Origin: Bacteroidia bacterium
GTDB lineage: Bacteria; Bacteroidota; Bacteroidia; CAILMK01; JBBDIG01
NCBI GenBank assembly: GCA_040880525.1
Contig: JBBDIG010000024.1
Span: 12,522 to 76,521 of the forward strand
Length of the DNA: 64,000 nucleotides
Direction of reading: 5' to 3'
The notes under the pieces were generated by a model. That model saw only the letters and a list, made by a program, of their open reading frames with translations. It was not told where the DNA came from and ran no database searches. This document shows positions 37,344-46,954 of the stretch, in pieces. Each line of letters starts with the position of its first letter. Positions within the stretch are counted from its first letter, which is position 1. Position numbers and translations under genes: made by a program.

Positions 37344-38035
37344 CAAAAGAAAAAGCAAAGAAAATTGTGATTTTCGGAGCAAGCCAGTTGGCAAGCCTTG
37401 CTCATTTTTATTTTAAACATGATTCCCCGCATTCTGTGGTGGCTTTTACTGTGGACGCAGAATATTGCAGGAATGAAGAATATGAAAAGCTGCCCCTCGT
37501 GCCATTTGAAAAAGTACAGGAAATTTACCCTCCCTCAGAATATGCAATGTTTCTTCCCATCAGCTTCAAGCGGATGAGCCTGTTGCGCAGAGAAAAATAT
37601 GAGGCGGCTAAGGCCAAAGGATATGAGATCGTGAGTTATGTGAGTTCGAAAGCTACCACGTGGCCTGGCCTCGACATTGGAGAAAACTGTTTCATTTTCG
37701 AGGATAATACCATTCAGCCGTTCGTCAGGATCGGTGACAACTGTATTTTATGGAGTGGTAATCATATCGGCCACCATACTACCATTGGCAGCCATGTTTT
37801 TATCACTTCGCACGTAGTGATCTCCGGCTGTTGCCAGATTGGCGAGCATTCATTTTTTGGCGTTAATTCTACCGTACGTGATGAAACCGATATTGCGCCT
37901 TTTTCACTCATCGGAATGGGAGCCATCATTACCAGGGACACGGCTCCACAACAAATTGTATTAGGTGCAAAATCCAGCGCCATTGACAAGAAAAGCATTG
38001 AGTTGGACAGCATTTCGCATAAAACCGGGGGCTGA
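37340..38035 (+). CDS. sugar N/O-acetyltransferase, NeuD/PglD/VioB family (left-handed beta-helix)
   Basis: The N-terminus reads 'KIVIFGASQLA'. The hexapeptide repeats read 'IGDNCILWSGNHIGHHTTIGSHVFITSHVVISGCCQIGEHSFFGVNSTV'. Confidence 0.75.
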   Translation: MTKEKAKKIVIFGASQLASLAHFYFKHDSPHSVVAFTVDAEYCRNEEYEKLPLVPFEKVQEIYPPSEYAMFLPISFKRMSLLRREKYEAAKAKGYEIVSYVSSKATTWPGLDIGENCFIFEDNTIQPFVRIGDNCILWSGNHIGHHTTIGSHVFITSHVVISGCCQIGEHSFFGVNSTVRDETDIAPFSLIGMGAIITRDTAPQQIVLGAKSSAIDKKSIELDSISHKTGG

Positions 38036-38036
38036 T

Positions 38037-38966
38037 ATGTGGGAGAAAAAAGGGCTGATCTTTAATACAAATAAAAACCACGAATGGATGGTAAGCCATG
38101 CCTGCGTACCCACCGCATGGCAGAAGGATGCAGAAACCATCAGAATATTTTTTGCTCCGCGAAATGCCAAAGGACAAAGCATTCCCACTTTCCTGGATGT
38201 TGCCGCGGCCGATCCTTCCAAAGTCATTCACCTGCATGATGCCCCGATTATGAATCCGGGCGAAACGGGAACTTTTGATGACAGCGGCATTATGCCCTGT
38301 TCAATTACAGAACATGAAGGGCGGCTCTACCTGTACTATGTAGGCTGGAATCCTGCGGTTACGGTGCCCTACCGTAATTCCATAGGGCTGGCAGTGAGTG
38401 ATAACGGGGGTGTAACATTTCAGCGGCTATTCAAAGGACCGGTGGTAGACCGTAACCTGCACGAACCGTTTTTTACCGCTTCCCCCTGCGTATTGAAAGA
38501 GGGAGATCTATGGCGAATGTGGTATGCCTCTTCCACGGGATTCGTAATGGCCAATGGAAAACCGGAACCACTGTATGTTATTAAATACGCAACTTCTTCG
38601 GATGGCATCCATTGGCAGCGGCCCAATATTACCTGCATTCTTCCAAAATCAGAGTATGAAGCCAATGCCCGGCCTACAGTAATTATCGAAGGCGGGATCT
38701 ACAAGATGTGGTTCACCTACCGTGGCAGTTTTGATTATCGCGATGGCAAGGATAGCTACCGCATCGGCTATGCAGAATCTACAGATGGTATTGACTGGAA
38801 GCGAATGGATGAGCGAGCCGGGATCAACCTCTCTCCGGACGGCTGGGACAGCAAAATGCAAACTTATCCTGACGTGCTGCGGGTGGGAGAGGAGCTCTAT
38901 TTATTTTACAATGGAAATGGATTCGGCCGCACCGGAATTGGTTATGCGCGCTGGGTTCATGATTAA
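38037..38966 (+). CDS. 5-bladed beta-propeller glycosidase-like protein (GH43/GH32/GH130-like fold), hypothetical
   Basis: Recurring 'DGG..W.R' and 'lY.fY' blade-like motifs ('SDNGGVTFQR', 'SSDGIHWQR', 'STDGIDWKRMD') are typical of beta-propeller glycosidase folds. Confidence 0.45.
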   Translation: MWEKKGLIFNTNKNHEWMVSHACVPTAWQKDAETIRIFFAPRNAKGQSIPTFLDVAAADPSKVIHLHDAPIMNPGETGTFDDSGIMPCSITEHEGRLYLYYVGWNPAVTVPYRNSIGLAVSDNGGVTFQRLFKGPVVDRNLHEPFFTASPCVLKEGDLWRMWYASSTGFVMANGKPEPLYVIKYATSSDGIHWQRPNITCILPKSEYEANARPTVIIEGGIYKMWFTYRGSFDYRDGKDSYRIGYAESTDGIDWKRMDERAGINLSPDGWDSKMQTYPDVLRVGEELYLFYNGNGFGRTGIGYARWVHD

Positions 38967-38978
38967 AATTATTATTAA

Positions 38979-39647
38979 ATGAAATTACTCAAATACGATC
39001 TTGAGAAATTTAATTTTCCTGCCCTTATCGCGTCTTTCCTGAATGTGGAAAGTCTTGCAGATATGAAGGCGGAGAAAAATGAAGCCATAAAAAATGAAAA
39101 TTCTCTGTATAAAAATATGGAGCAATCCAAATGGTATAAACTTCTTTATAGCAAATTAAATTCTGGTGAAGGCGAGGCTTTTTATGAGATGTATGAAAAA
39201 TTTATTCAAGAAGTTATAAGACCGCAATACCCGGAGGCCATATTTTACCAGGCACGGCCCACCCACCGGATCCATTTCTCAAATGGCAGTGGCATCAGCC
39301 GCTTTCATCGCGACAGCGATTATGGCCATAACCTGGCTGAGGTGAACTACTCCGTTCCACAAACCCCGGCTTTTGATACCAATGCCATCTGGATTGAAAG
39401 CGAGGAGGGAAAAGCGGATTTTCAACCCATGAATATGCAACCTGGCCAATACGCTGAATTCAAAGGATGCAGCCTGATGCATGGTGCCAGGAAAAATGAA
39501 ACCGGGGCTACCCGCGTCTCCTTCGATTTCCGGGTCATGCCCGTTTCCGCTGCCCCTGACGTATACACAGACCAATCAAAATGGAGCGAGCAGGACAAGC
39601 AGAATCCATTGTTCCTCAATGCACATCAATTTGTCATTTGTAATTAG
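38979..39647 (+). CDS. hypothetical protein, putative Fe(II)/2-oxoglutarate-dependent oxygenase (PhyH-like)
   Basis: 'FHRDSDYGH' provides the HxD motif. 'LMHGARKN...RVSFDFR' provides the distal His plus Arg. Confidence 0.4.
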   Translation: MKLLKYDLEKFNFPALIASFLNVESLADMKAEKNEAIKNENSLYKNMEQSKWYKLLYSKLNSGEGEAFYEMYEKFIQEVIRPQYPEAIFYQARPTHRIHFSNGSGISRFHRDSDYGHNLAEVNYSVPQTPAFDTNAIWIESEEGKADFQPMNMQPGQYAEFKGCSLMHGARKNETGATRVSFDFRVMPVSAAPDVYTDQSKWSEQDKQNPLFLNAHQFVICN

Positions 39648-39692
39648 AACCCCATTTTTTAAGCATATTAAGAAGCAACGGCAGGTAAGTTT

Positions 39693-40634
39693 GTGCAGAT
39701 GCAAAATCCTAAAGTGACCGTCTCGGTCATCACCTACAATCAGGCAAAGTATGTGGAAAAGGCGCTGCAAAGCGTCCTCAGCCAGGAGGTGGATTTCGCT
39801 TATGAAATTCTGATCGGAGATGACTGCTCAACGGATGGCACAAGGGAGTTGCTAAAGCAATTTCAGCAATCCTTTCCTGATCGTATCCGGCTTTTTCTCC
39901 ATGAAAAAAAGTACCAGGGCGTACCGGGAAAACTCAGCATTGTCACAAACCTGGAAGCCGCAAAGGGAGAATACATAGCATTGCTTGATGGGGACGATTG
40001 GTGGGAAAGCAACAATAAACTCCAGGTACAGGCTGATTTCCTGGACCAGCATCAGGACTTCGCGCTCACCTTTCACAATACCAGCTTTCTGTGGGAAGAG
40101 AACCTGCATCCTGCATGGAGTTACAATGATCGCTACCACCATTATGGGAAAACAGCCGGATTCACCCACCAGGAGGTTGTGGCAGGATTGGATATAAATT
40201 CCTCCTCTATGATGTTCAGGCTCAGTGCTTTACTGCCAATCCCGGAGTGGTACTGGCAGGTGTATAATGGCGATTATGCAATGGCGCTGCTAACCTCCCG
40301 TCATGGCAAAGTGAAGTATTTCGAGGGCCTCACCTGCTGTTGTTTCAAGAATACCAGCAGCATGACGAGGGTAAGCGAGAATTCGCTGTGGGCCAATAGC
40401 ATTATGATTAAACAAAACCGGGCTTTTAAGAAGCATTTTAAGCGGGAGTATGCACCGGTTTTCCAGCAGCGAATTGCTGATCTGTATTTTAAGCGTGGAT
40501 TTATTCTTCGCAGAATAGGAAAGTATGCCGCTATGTCTGCAGCATTTGCAAGAGCCGCAGCCATTTCACCAACGACTGCCATTCACTACCTGAAGAAGAA
40601 ATTCAACAATAACGGAATAAAGCAGCAGGTGTGA
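39693..40634 (+). CDS. family 2 glycosyltransferase
   Basis: 'VSVITYNQAKYVEKALQSVLSQ...ILIGDDCSTDGT' and 'LLDGDDWW' are GT2 motifs. Confidence 0.8.
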   Translation: MQMQNPKVTVSVITYNQAKYVEKALQSVLSQEVDFAYEILIGDDCSTDGTRELLKQFQQSFPDRIRLFLHEKKYQGVPGKLSIVTNLEAAKGEYIALLDGDDWWESNNKLQVQADFLDQHQDFALTFHNTSFLWEENLHPAWSYNDRYHHYGKTAGFTHQEVVAGLDINSSSMMFRLSALLPIPEWYWQVYNGDYAMALLTSRHGKVKYFEGLTCCCFKNTSSMTRVSENSLWANSIMIKQNRAFKKHFKREYAPVFQQRIADLYFKRGFILRRIGKYAAMSAAFARAAAISPTTAIHYLKKKFNNNGIKQQV

Positions 40635-41578
40635 AAGTTAGTGTATCCATTATTACCTACAACCAGGAAAAATACATAGCTAAGGCCATTGAAAGCGTGC
40701 TGATGCAGGAAGTAGATTTTGACTACGAGATCATCATTGGAGACGATTGTTCAACGGACGGTACCCAAGCCATAATTGAAAAATACCGTCAGCAATACCC
40801 GGAGTTGATACGCTTTATAGCCCATAAGGAGCGCTATTCCGGAGTTCCGGGCCGCCTCAATTTAATCACGAATATTCAGGCTGCCAAAGGCGAATACGTA
40901 GCGCTGCTGGATGGAGACGATTACTGGCTGGACAAACATAAGCTCCAGCAGCAGGTAACGTTCCTGGACGAAAACCCGGATTACGTCATGTGTTTCCATG
41001 ATGCCATCGTGGAGTCTGATGAAAACAACCTCAAGCCTTTTCTCTACAGCAAGCAATTGCGCCTGTCTCCGGGAATGGTCGTGGAGCATAATGAACTGGT
41101 TTCGCGGTGCCTCATACCTGCTTCCTCCACGGTTTATCGCAGAAGTGTACTCAGCGAAATACCGGAGTGGTTCTGGGAAGTATACAGCGGCACCTGGATA
41201 TTGCAGATGCTGATCTCCAAAAAGGGACGCGTAAAATATTTCCATGACCTGAAGTACAGATATACTGTAAATAAAGGAAGCATTAGCCACAGGGATAAAT
41301 TGTCGCTGGATGTGAATCGCATTAAGATCCGCCAAACGAAGACGCTGCAAAAGCATTTCCCGGAAGTGCCGGGTTCTGTTTTTCGCCATAAGCTTGCGGC
41401 CCTTTATTTCAGACGCGCCATCTTCGCCAGCCACAGGAAAGACTTTCTGCGGGTATTATTATACCTTCTTAAAAGCGCACTGATTAACAGAAAAGCATTT
41501 ATGATTATGCTGAAGAAATACGGCAGCCGTGTAAACGGCAGAACTGGCGGTGCGATAGAAAACGGAGCACAGGAATAG
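40631..41578 (+). CDS. family 2 glycosyltransferase (tandem paralog, GTG start)
   Basis: 'VSIITYNQEKYIAKAIESVLMQ...IIIGDDCSTDGT' and 'LLDGDDYW' are GT2 motifs. It is about 50% identical to the upstream GT2. Confidence 0.75.
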   Translation: MKVSVSIITYNQEKYIAKAIESVLMQEVDFDYEIIIGDDCSTDGTQAIIEKYRQQYPELIRFIAHKERYSGVPGRLNLITNIQAAKGEYVALLDGDDYWLDKHKLQQQVTFLDENPDYVMCFHDAIVESDENNLKPFLYSKQLRLSPGMVVEHNELVSRCLIPASSTVYRRSVLSEIPEWFWEVYSGTWILQMLISKKGRVKYFHDLKYRYTVNKGSISHRDKLSLDVNRIKIRQTKTLQKHFPEVPGSVFRHKLAALYFRRAIFASHRKDFLRVLLYLLKSALINRKAFMIMLKKYGSRVNGRTGGAIENGAQE

Positions 41579-41717
41579 AAATAGCGGGTTAATTCAATCA
41601 TAGAATATTCCTCATTAAATTTAGAATTATAAAAAGGATGCTTCTACCCCTCCAATCTTTACCCGGCCGCTGATCCGGAACTATGCTACTTTTGAAAGCA
41701 TGAAAACTGAAGGGCAA

Positions 41718-42782
41718 ATGAAGAACACCCACATCGTTCTTGGCCTGATGAGCGGCACTTCTCTGGATGGGCTGGATGTGGCATTTTGCCGGTTTCGGTT
41801 TGATGGCCGCTGGCATTTCGAAATAGAAAAGGCCGAAACATTTAATTATACCGATGAATGGCGGCAGCGCCTGCAGGCACTCCCCTTTTCTTCTGCTCAT
41901 GAACTGGCCCTGGCAGATGTAGCCTATGGCCGGTTGCTGGGCGAAGTATCACAGCAATTTCTTGAGAGATACAACCTCAGGCCGGAACTGATAGCATCTC
42001 ATGGCCATACTGTTTTTCATGAACCGGAGCGGCATCTTAGCCTTCAAATCGGAGATGGGGCCGCCATTCATGCCCTGACGGGTTTGCCGGTGGTTTCCAA
42101 TTTCCGCAGCCTGGATGTTCATTTGGGAGGCCAGGGAGCGCCATTGGTTCCTATAGGGGATAAACTTCTTTTCGCAGAATATGAATATCTCCTCAATCTG
42201 GGCGGAATCGCTAATATTTCATTTGAAAGAAATGGCGAAAGAGTGGCTTTTGATATCTGTCCATGCAATTTGCTGCTAAACAGGCTGGCACAGGAAGTCG
42301 ACCGGCCTTATGATGAGGATGGGCGCATAGCCTCTTCAGGAATGGTCAAAGCGGAACTGCTAGATAAACTTGAGGAAGATGCATATCTGCGGCAGGCTCC
42401 ACCTAAATCTCTGGACAAGACGGCTGTGGAGGGCCAGTTCTTTCCGCTGCTGTTGGAATCAGGTTTTGCTGAGAATGACAGGCTGGCAACGGTAGTGGAG
42501 CATATTGCAATTCAGGTAGGCAATTCGCTGGGACCCGGCTCAAAAGGAAAAAAAATGCTGGTAACCGGTGGAGGCGCTTTCAACCGGTTTCTCATAGACC
42601 GGCTGCGAACCCATTGTGAGGCTGAAGTAGTGGTGCCTGAAAAGTCTCTGGTGGAATTTAAAGAAGCGCTGGTGTTTGCATTTTTAGGGTTGCTGAGAAT
42701 ACAACAGCAGGAGAACGTCCTTAGCAGTTGTACAGGCGCCAGCCGAAACAGCCTGAGCGGAGCGCTGTGGGGGAAGCGCTGA
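41718..42782 (+). CDS. anmK: anhydro-N-acetylmuramic acid kinase
   Basis: 'IVLGLMSGTSLDGLDVAFCRF' is the AnmK N-terminal signature. 'VTGGGAFNRFL' is near the C-terminus. Confidence 0.85.
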   Translation: MKNTHIVLGLMSGTSLDGLDVAFCRFRFDGRWHFEIEKAETFNYTDEWRQRLQALPFSSAHELALADVAYGRLLGEVSQQFLERYNLRPELIASHGHTVFHEPERHLSLQIGDGAAIHALTGLPVVSNFRSLDVHLGGQGAPLVPIGDKLLFAEYEYLLNLGGIANISFERNGERVAFDICPCNLLLNRLAQEVDRPYDEDGRIASSGMVKAELLDKLEEDAYLRQAPPKSLDKTAVEGQFFPLLLESGFAENDRLATVVEHIAIQVGNSLGPGSKGKKMLVTGGGAFNRFLIDRLRTHCEAEVVVPEKSLVEFKEALVFAFLGLLRIQQQENVLSSCTGASRNSLSGALWGKR

Positions 42783-42791
42783 CGATAGGTA

Positions 42792-43616
42792 TTACTTTTT
42801 TACCAGTGGAAGTTCCATTTCATCTACCATCCACCAGCCATCGTCATTCGTAAGGTGGATCCGTGCATTCGCTTTCATCCCGGTATGGGTGGTTTTTCCT
42901 TTGGGAAAGGCTTTGCAGGTAATCAGTATTTTGATGAATGCAGAACCTGAGTCACCCATTTGCAGATCCGTTACCCTTACGTCCTGCACTTCTATTGAAA
43001 AGTATGCATCAGAGAAATGAGTGAGGTACCGCTTCAGGTCTTTTCTCCTGGAAAACGTCAGGCCGTTGAATTTCAGGATTTTTGCAAAATGATACCATTG
43101 CTCATAATCCGGGTTCTGAAGCAGGTCCCTGGCCACTTGTGTCGCGGCGTCTACAACGTCTTCTGAATCATTTGGATGAAACTCTTCATAAGTGAAGCAC
43201 ATTTTCATCCCGGGTATGTCGTGGGCAATTACCTCCTGCTGCATCAGATCTTCGGTCATAAATCTGTACATTTCCTCCTCCGCCACTTCATGCAGCGAGT
43301 CCACTGCAATATTGTGTCTCTTCAGGAGCGACCGGAGTTTCCGCAATGAACTTTCAACATCCTTTGGCTCCAGATCTTTCAGTGGGACCAGATCCGGTTG
43401 GCCTATCACGTCAAATACTTTCCTGGCAGGCTCGTCTTCCATGCGCTGATGAAAGGACCGGATGTGATGCAGAAACTGCATTTCCACATCGGGTGGAAGT
43501 TCAGGGTTTCCCTCAATGAAAAAGGCCCCCAACTCCGCCTGGATCTTCAATTTTTCCACTTCAACTGCCTGACGCTGCTGTTCCATTCTGCTTTTTCCTT
43601 GTGGCATGTGTTTCAC
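42792..43616 (-). CDS. hypothetical protein (C-terminal NTF2-like/DUF4440-like region)
   Basis: No clear family could be assigned. The C-terminal region 'RVTDLQMGDSGSAFIKILITCKAF...IHLTNDDGWWMVDEMEL' resembles NTF2-like folds. Confidence 0.35.
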   Translation of the reverse strand: MKHMPQGKSRMEQQRQAVEVEKLKIQAELGAFFIEGNPELPPDVEMQFLHHIRSFHQRMEDEPARKVFDVIGQPDLVPLKDLEPKDVESSLRKLRSLLKRHNIAVDSLHEVAEEEMYRFMTEDLMQQEVIAHDIPGMKMCFTYEEFHPNDSEDVVDAATQVARDLLQNPDYEQWYHFAKILKFNGLTFSRRKDLKRYLTHFSDAYFSIEVQDVRVTDLQMGDSGSAFIKILITCKAFPKGKTTHTGMKANARIHLTNDDGWWMVDEMELPLVKK

Positions 43617-44204
43617 TGCGGTTTTTAATGAAGGGCAATTTAAGAAGAAGGCATGCGCTCCGGTTAATGGTTTTCAGGGATTTTGCCTGGTTATTACAAA
43701 TGTTTCTGAATGGGATATTTTTAATTCTGGTGATCATGTTTTGAGGGTGATTGTGTTTTGCGGATGGGAGCGCTTGGGCTGCTTGCTATAATAATTTCAT
43801 CCCTTCAGAATTTCCAAAAATTGATGAAAAAAATGGATGACAACATTTCCAACATTTCGATCCATACCCCCGGTTTCAACCGGGGGTATGAAGAATGCCG
43901 ACCCATAACCGTTTCAACGGTTTATTGTAGCGGCTAACCCTTCACTCCCAACCCTTCAAGGGTTTTGCTGCAACAATATATGATATCAATTGGATTTAAA
44001 GCGCTGATTTTTAGTATCAACGCAACAATCGCCAGGATAGATTTTCTGTATTGAGTTTAATAGTATCTTTGATAACGACTTCCCCGGAATTCATTTTTTT
44101 CACACCTAACATTAAAAGATAACCCTTATGAAAAATATGAATTCTTTCTTACGGCTTTTCGCAGCAGTTTGTCTTATCGTTATCCAGGGCAAGTTTATTA
44201 TCCA

Positions 44205-46898
44205 ATGAAATATTTAATGTTCATACTCCTTTCATTCCCCTCCTGCCTATTGGCGCAGGAGGGGAATGTCTGGATTTTTGGGAGTAAAAACGGCCTTGAC
44301 TTTAATACGGAACCCCCTACAGTTATAACCAATGGGGCATCGCTAGGTACGGCTTCTTGTGCCAGCTATTGTGACAGCCTGGGCAGGTTACTATTTTATT
44401 GTCTCGATGATTCGATATACAATAGGAATCATCAATTCATACCTGATGGGAAATTTGGACAGGAATCCGGTTCCTATTCCCAAGCCGCTATTATCCTTCC
44501 TGTTGTCGGCCAACCATCCCTGTATTATCTGTTTCTGGTAGATAATATTCTGGGCGGTGTTGGTGTTAAAAAGGACGGTGCTACCTATTCTGTTATAGAC
44601 ATGCGGTTGAATAATGGTTTAGGAGGAATTGCAACAAAGGAAGTACCTTTTTTTAAAAAAACCTGCCATAAAATCACGGCCATTCAGCATGTCAATCAAA
44701 AGGATTACTGGGTCATCACCCGGAGTGGGGACAGCCTCTTTGCCTTTCCAATTACGGAAGCTGGAATTGGCTCCCCCGTTACTTCCTATATGCCAGCCCT
44801 TGAAGGCATAGGAAATATAAAAGCTTCACGGGATGGGAAGATTTTGATCGAATGCAGTTCCACTTTTGACAGTTTTGTATATATCTACGATTTTGATCCG
44901 GGTTCAGGCGTTTTTTCCAATCAAAGCATCCTAGAGCAATTTATCCGTGAATTCAATCAAGAAACACTTTTCCGGTATCAGGATGCTACATTTTCACCCA
45001 ATGATTCTTTACTGTATATTGTAGGATATGGTCATGATAATAAAGGCCAAGTCTATAGTTCAAACCGACAGCCTCTGGCCCAATACCAGCGTTATGCACC
45101 GGATATAAAATCTACCCGGCATTGGGTGTTTCCTCCTGCTAATGATGGGTTTGCTTCACTTCAACTTGCACCCAATGGAAAAATTTATGTCAACCCTATT
45201 GGGCATGACCACATGGCGGTGATCCATTCTCCTGACTCTATAGGGGAGGCCATGCAGCTAGAATTTCAGTATATTGACTATCCCCAAAACCAGTATAGCC
45301 GCTTTGCCTTCCCCAACATCATCAATGCCTATAAATCCGTTAAATTCCGCTACACCCAAAACTGCAGCTACAGATATCAGAATGTATCTGACACCCAGTT
45401 CTTCAGCACCTACACCTGGTTCTTTGCCGATCATTTTACCGGGATTACCGACAGCGTTGAAGGGTTTGCACCCTCGTATCAATTTTCGCGCACGGGGAAA
45501 TACCTCGTGAAGCTGCGGGCCACCACGCCAGCGGGCTACAACCAGTGGTACAGTGACAGTGTGCTGTTTATTTCCCGCCCCCAGGCAACTTTTACCACAG
45601 AAGATACTACCGGCTGCCAGTGGTTGGGCTTCCGGTTTGCGGATGCATCCACCACCGATACCCTGGATACCACGCGCGGTGAAAGCTGGCTATGGCACTT
45701 CGGTGATGGCACCACCGGCACGGAACAAAATCCCACCCACATCTACACCGAAAACGGCAGCTATACCGTGAGCCTGATTTACAACAACGGCTTCTGTAGC
45801 GATACCATTACCAGAAAGCAGGTGGTAGAGATATTGCCTGCCCCCAAACCGGGCTTTTCGCTCAGTGCTGCTTCGGGCTGTGCGCCTTTCACTGCGCAAG
45901 TCACGGATCAATCGCAGGGGCAGGTAACGCACTATACCTACTACTACGGCCACCTCACCGGCCTTCATATTCCCGATCCGGAGATCAGCTTCCCCGAACC
46001 GGGCGATTTCTGGGTGCATCAAATTCTGCTCTCACCCACCGGCTGCATCACGCAAGATTCCGTGGCCGTGGATGTTTCAGATGGCTTCTCTGAAAATGAC
46101 AGCATTCATACGGTGGTAGCCACGGTTACAGCCAGCCAGCATGTATCGCTGCAATGGCAGCCGCACCCGCTGGCCCGGCTCTACCAAGTGTTCCGGCTGG
46201 ATGACGGCACTTTCACGGAGTTGGCAAAAACATCATTTACCGACTACACGGACCACGGTGCGCCCGTGGCAGCGCAGCCGGTAACCTACCGCATTACCGC
46301 CAGCGACAGTTGCGGCAAACAATCCTCTGCAGGCCGTGTGGCCACCACCATCCACCTTTCCGGAACCAGCCATGGCAATGAGTTCAACCTCATCCGCTTT
46401 TCGGCTTATGAAGAATGGCCCAATGGCGTTGGCCACTACACAATCGAGATTCAGCAGCCGGAGGGCACTTTCGATTCCGTAGCCTCTATGCCGCAACCCG
46501 TTGCAGATTACAAACTGGACTTCACACCCACAAACGGGCAATACCAAACCTGTTACCGCATAAAAGCCGTGAAGAAGGAGGGAAACTTTGTCAGCCTTAG
46601 CAACCGCCTGTGCCTGCCTTATCAGCCCACCGTCTGGGTGCCCACGGCCTTCAGCCCCAATGGTGACGGCTACAACGACACGTTCAGCGCCACCGCCATT
46701 GGCATCCATTCCTTCAAGATGGAAATCTACACCCGCTGGGGGGAGCAGGTATTTTCTTCAGGCGACCTTAACCAAAGCTGGGACGGCAGCATCAATGGAA
46801 AACCTGCACAGGCAGGCGTTTACCTCTACAAGTTGCGCGTATTCGGTAGCGACAATAAATACACAGAAAGCGAAGGGACGCTGTTGCTGGTGAAGTGA
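44205..46898 (+). CDS. large secreted PKD-domain protein with T9SS type-B (gliding-motility-associated) C-terminal domain
   Basis: It has a signal peptide 'MKYLMFILLSFPSCLLAQ'. A PKD-like segment reads 'WHFGDGTTGTEQNPTHIYTENGSYTVSLI'. The C-terminus 'PTAFSPNGDGYNDTF...YTRWGEQVF...WDGS...GVYLYKLRVFG' is a CHU_C/type-B CTD. Confidence 0.75.
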   Translation: MKYLMFILLSFPSCLLAQEGNVWIFGSKNGLDFNTEPPTVITNGASLGTASCASYCDSLGRLLFYCLDDSIYNRNHQFIPDGKFGQESGSYSQAAIILPVVGQPSLYYLFLVDNILGGVGVKKDGATYSVIDMRLNNGLGGIATKEVPFFKKTCHKITAIQHVNQKDYWVITRSGDSLFAFPITEAGIGSPVTSYMPALEGIGNIKASRDGKILIECSSTFDSFVYIYDFDPGSGVFSNQSILEQFIREFNQETLFRYQDATFSPNDSLLYIVGYGHDNKGQVYSSNRQPLAQYQRYAPDIKSTRHWVFPPANDGFASLQLAPNGKIYVNPIGHDHMAVIHSPDSIGEAMQLEFQYIDYPQNQYSRFAFPNIINAYKSVKFRYTQNCSYRYQNVSDTQFFSTYTWFFADHFTGITDSVEGFAPSYQFSRTGKYLVKLRATTPAGYNQWYSDSVLFISRPQATFTTEDTTGCQWLGFRFADASTTDTLDTTRGESWLWHFGDGTTGTEQNPTHIYTENGSYTVSLIYNNGFCSDTITRKQVVEILPAPKPGFSLSAASGCAPFTAQVTDQSQGQVTHYTYYYGHLTGLHIPDPEISFPEPGDFWVHQILLSPTGCITQDSVAVDVSDGFSENDSIHTVVATVTASQHVSLQWQPHPLARLYQVFRLDDGTFTELAKTSFTDYTDHGAPVAAQPVTYRITASDSCGKQSSAGRVATTIHLSGTSHGNEFNLIRFSAYEEWPNGVGHYTIEIQQPEGTFDSVASMPQPVADYKLDFTPTNGQYQTCYRIKAVKKEGNFVSLSNRLCLPYQPTVWVPTAFSPNGDGYNDTFSATAIGIHSFKMEIYTRWGEQVFSSGDLNQSWDGSINGKPAQAGVYLYKLRVFGSDNKYTESEGTLLLVK

Positions 46899-46922
46899 GT
46901 TTCCCCGTTCCGATTATATATA

Positions 46923-46954
46923 AGACCTTCAAGGTTTTAAAACCTTGAAGGTCT
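46923..46954 (+). terminator. strong hairpin terminator (14-bp perfect stem)
   Basis: 'agaccttcaaggttttaaaaccttgaaggtct' lies immediately after the large T9SS gene. Confidence 0.55.
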
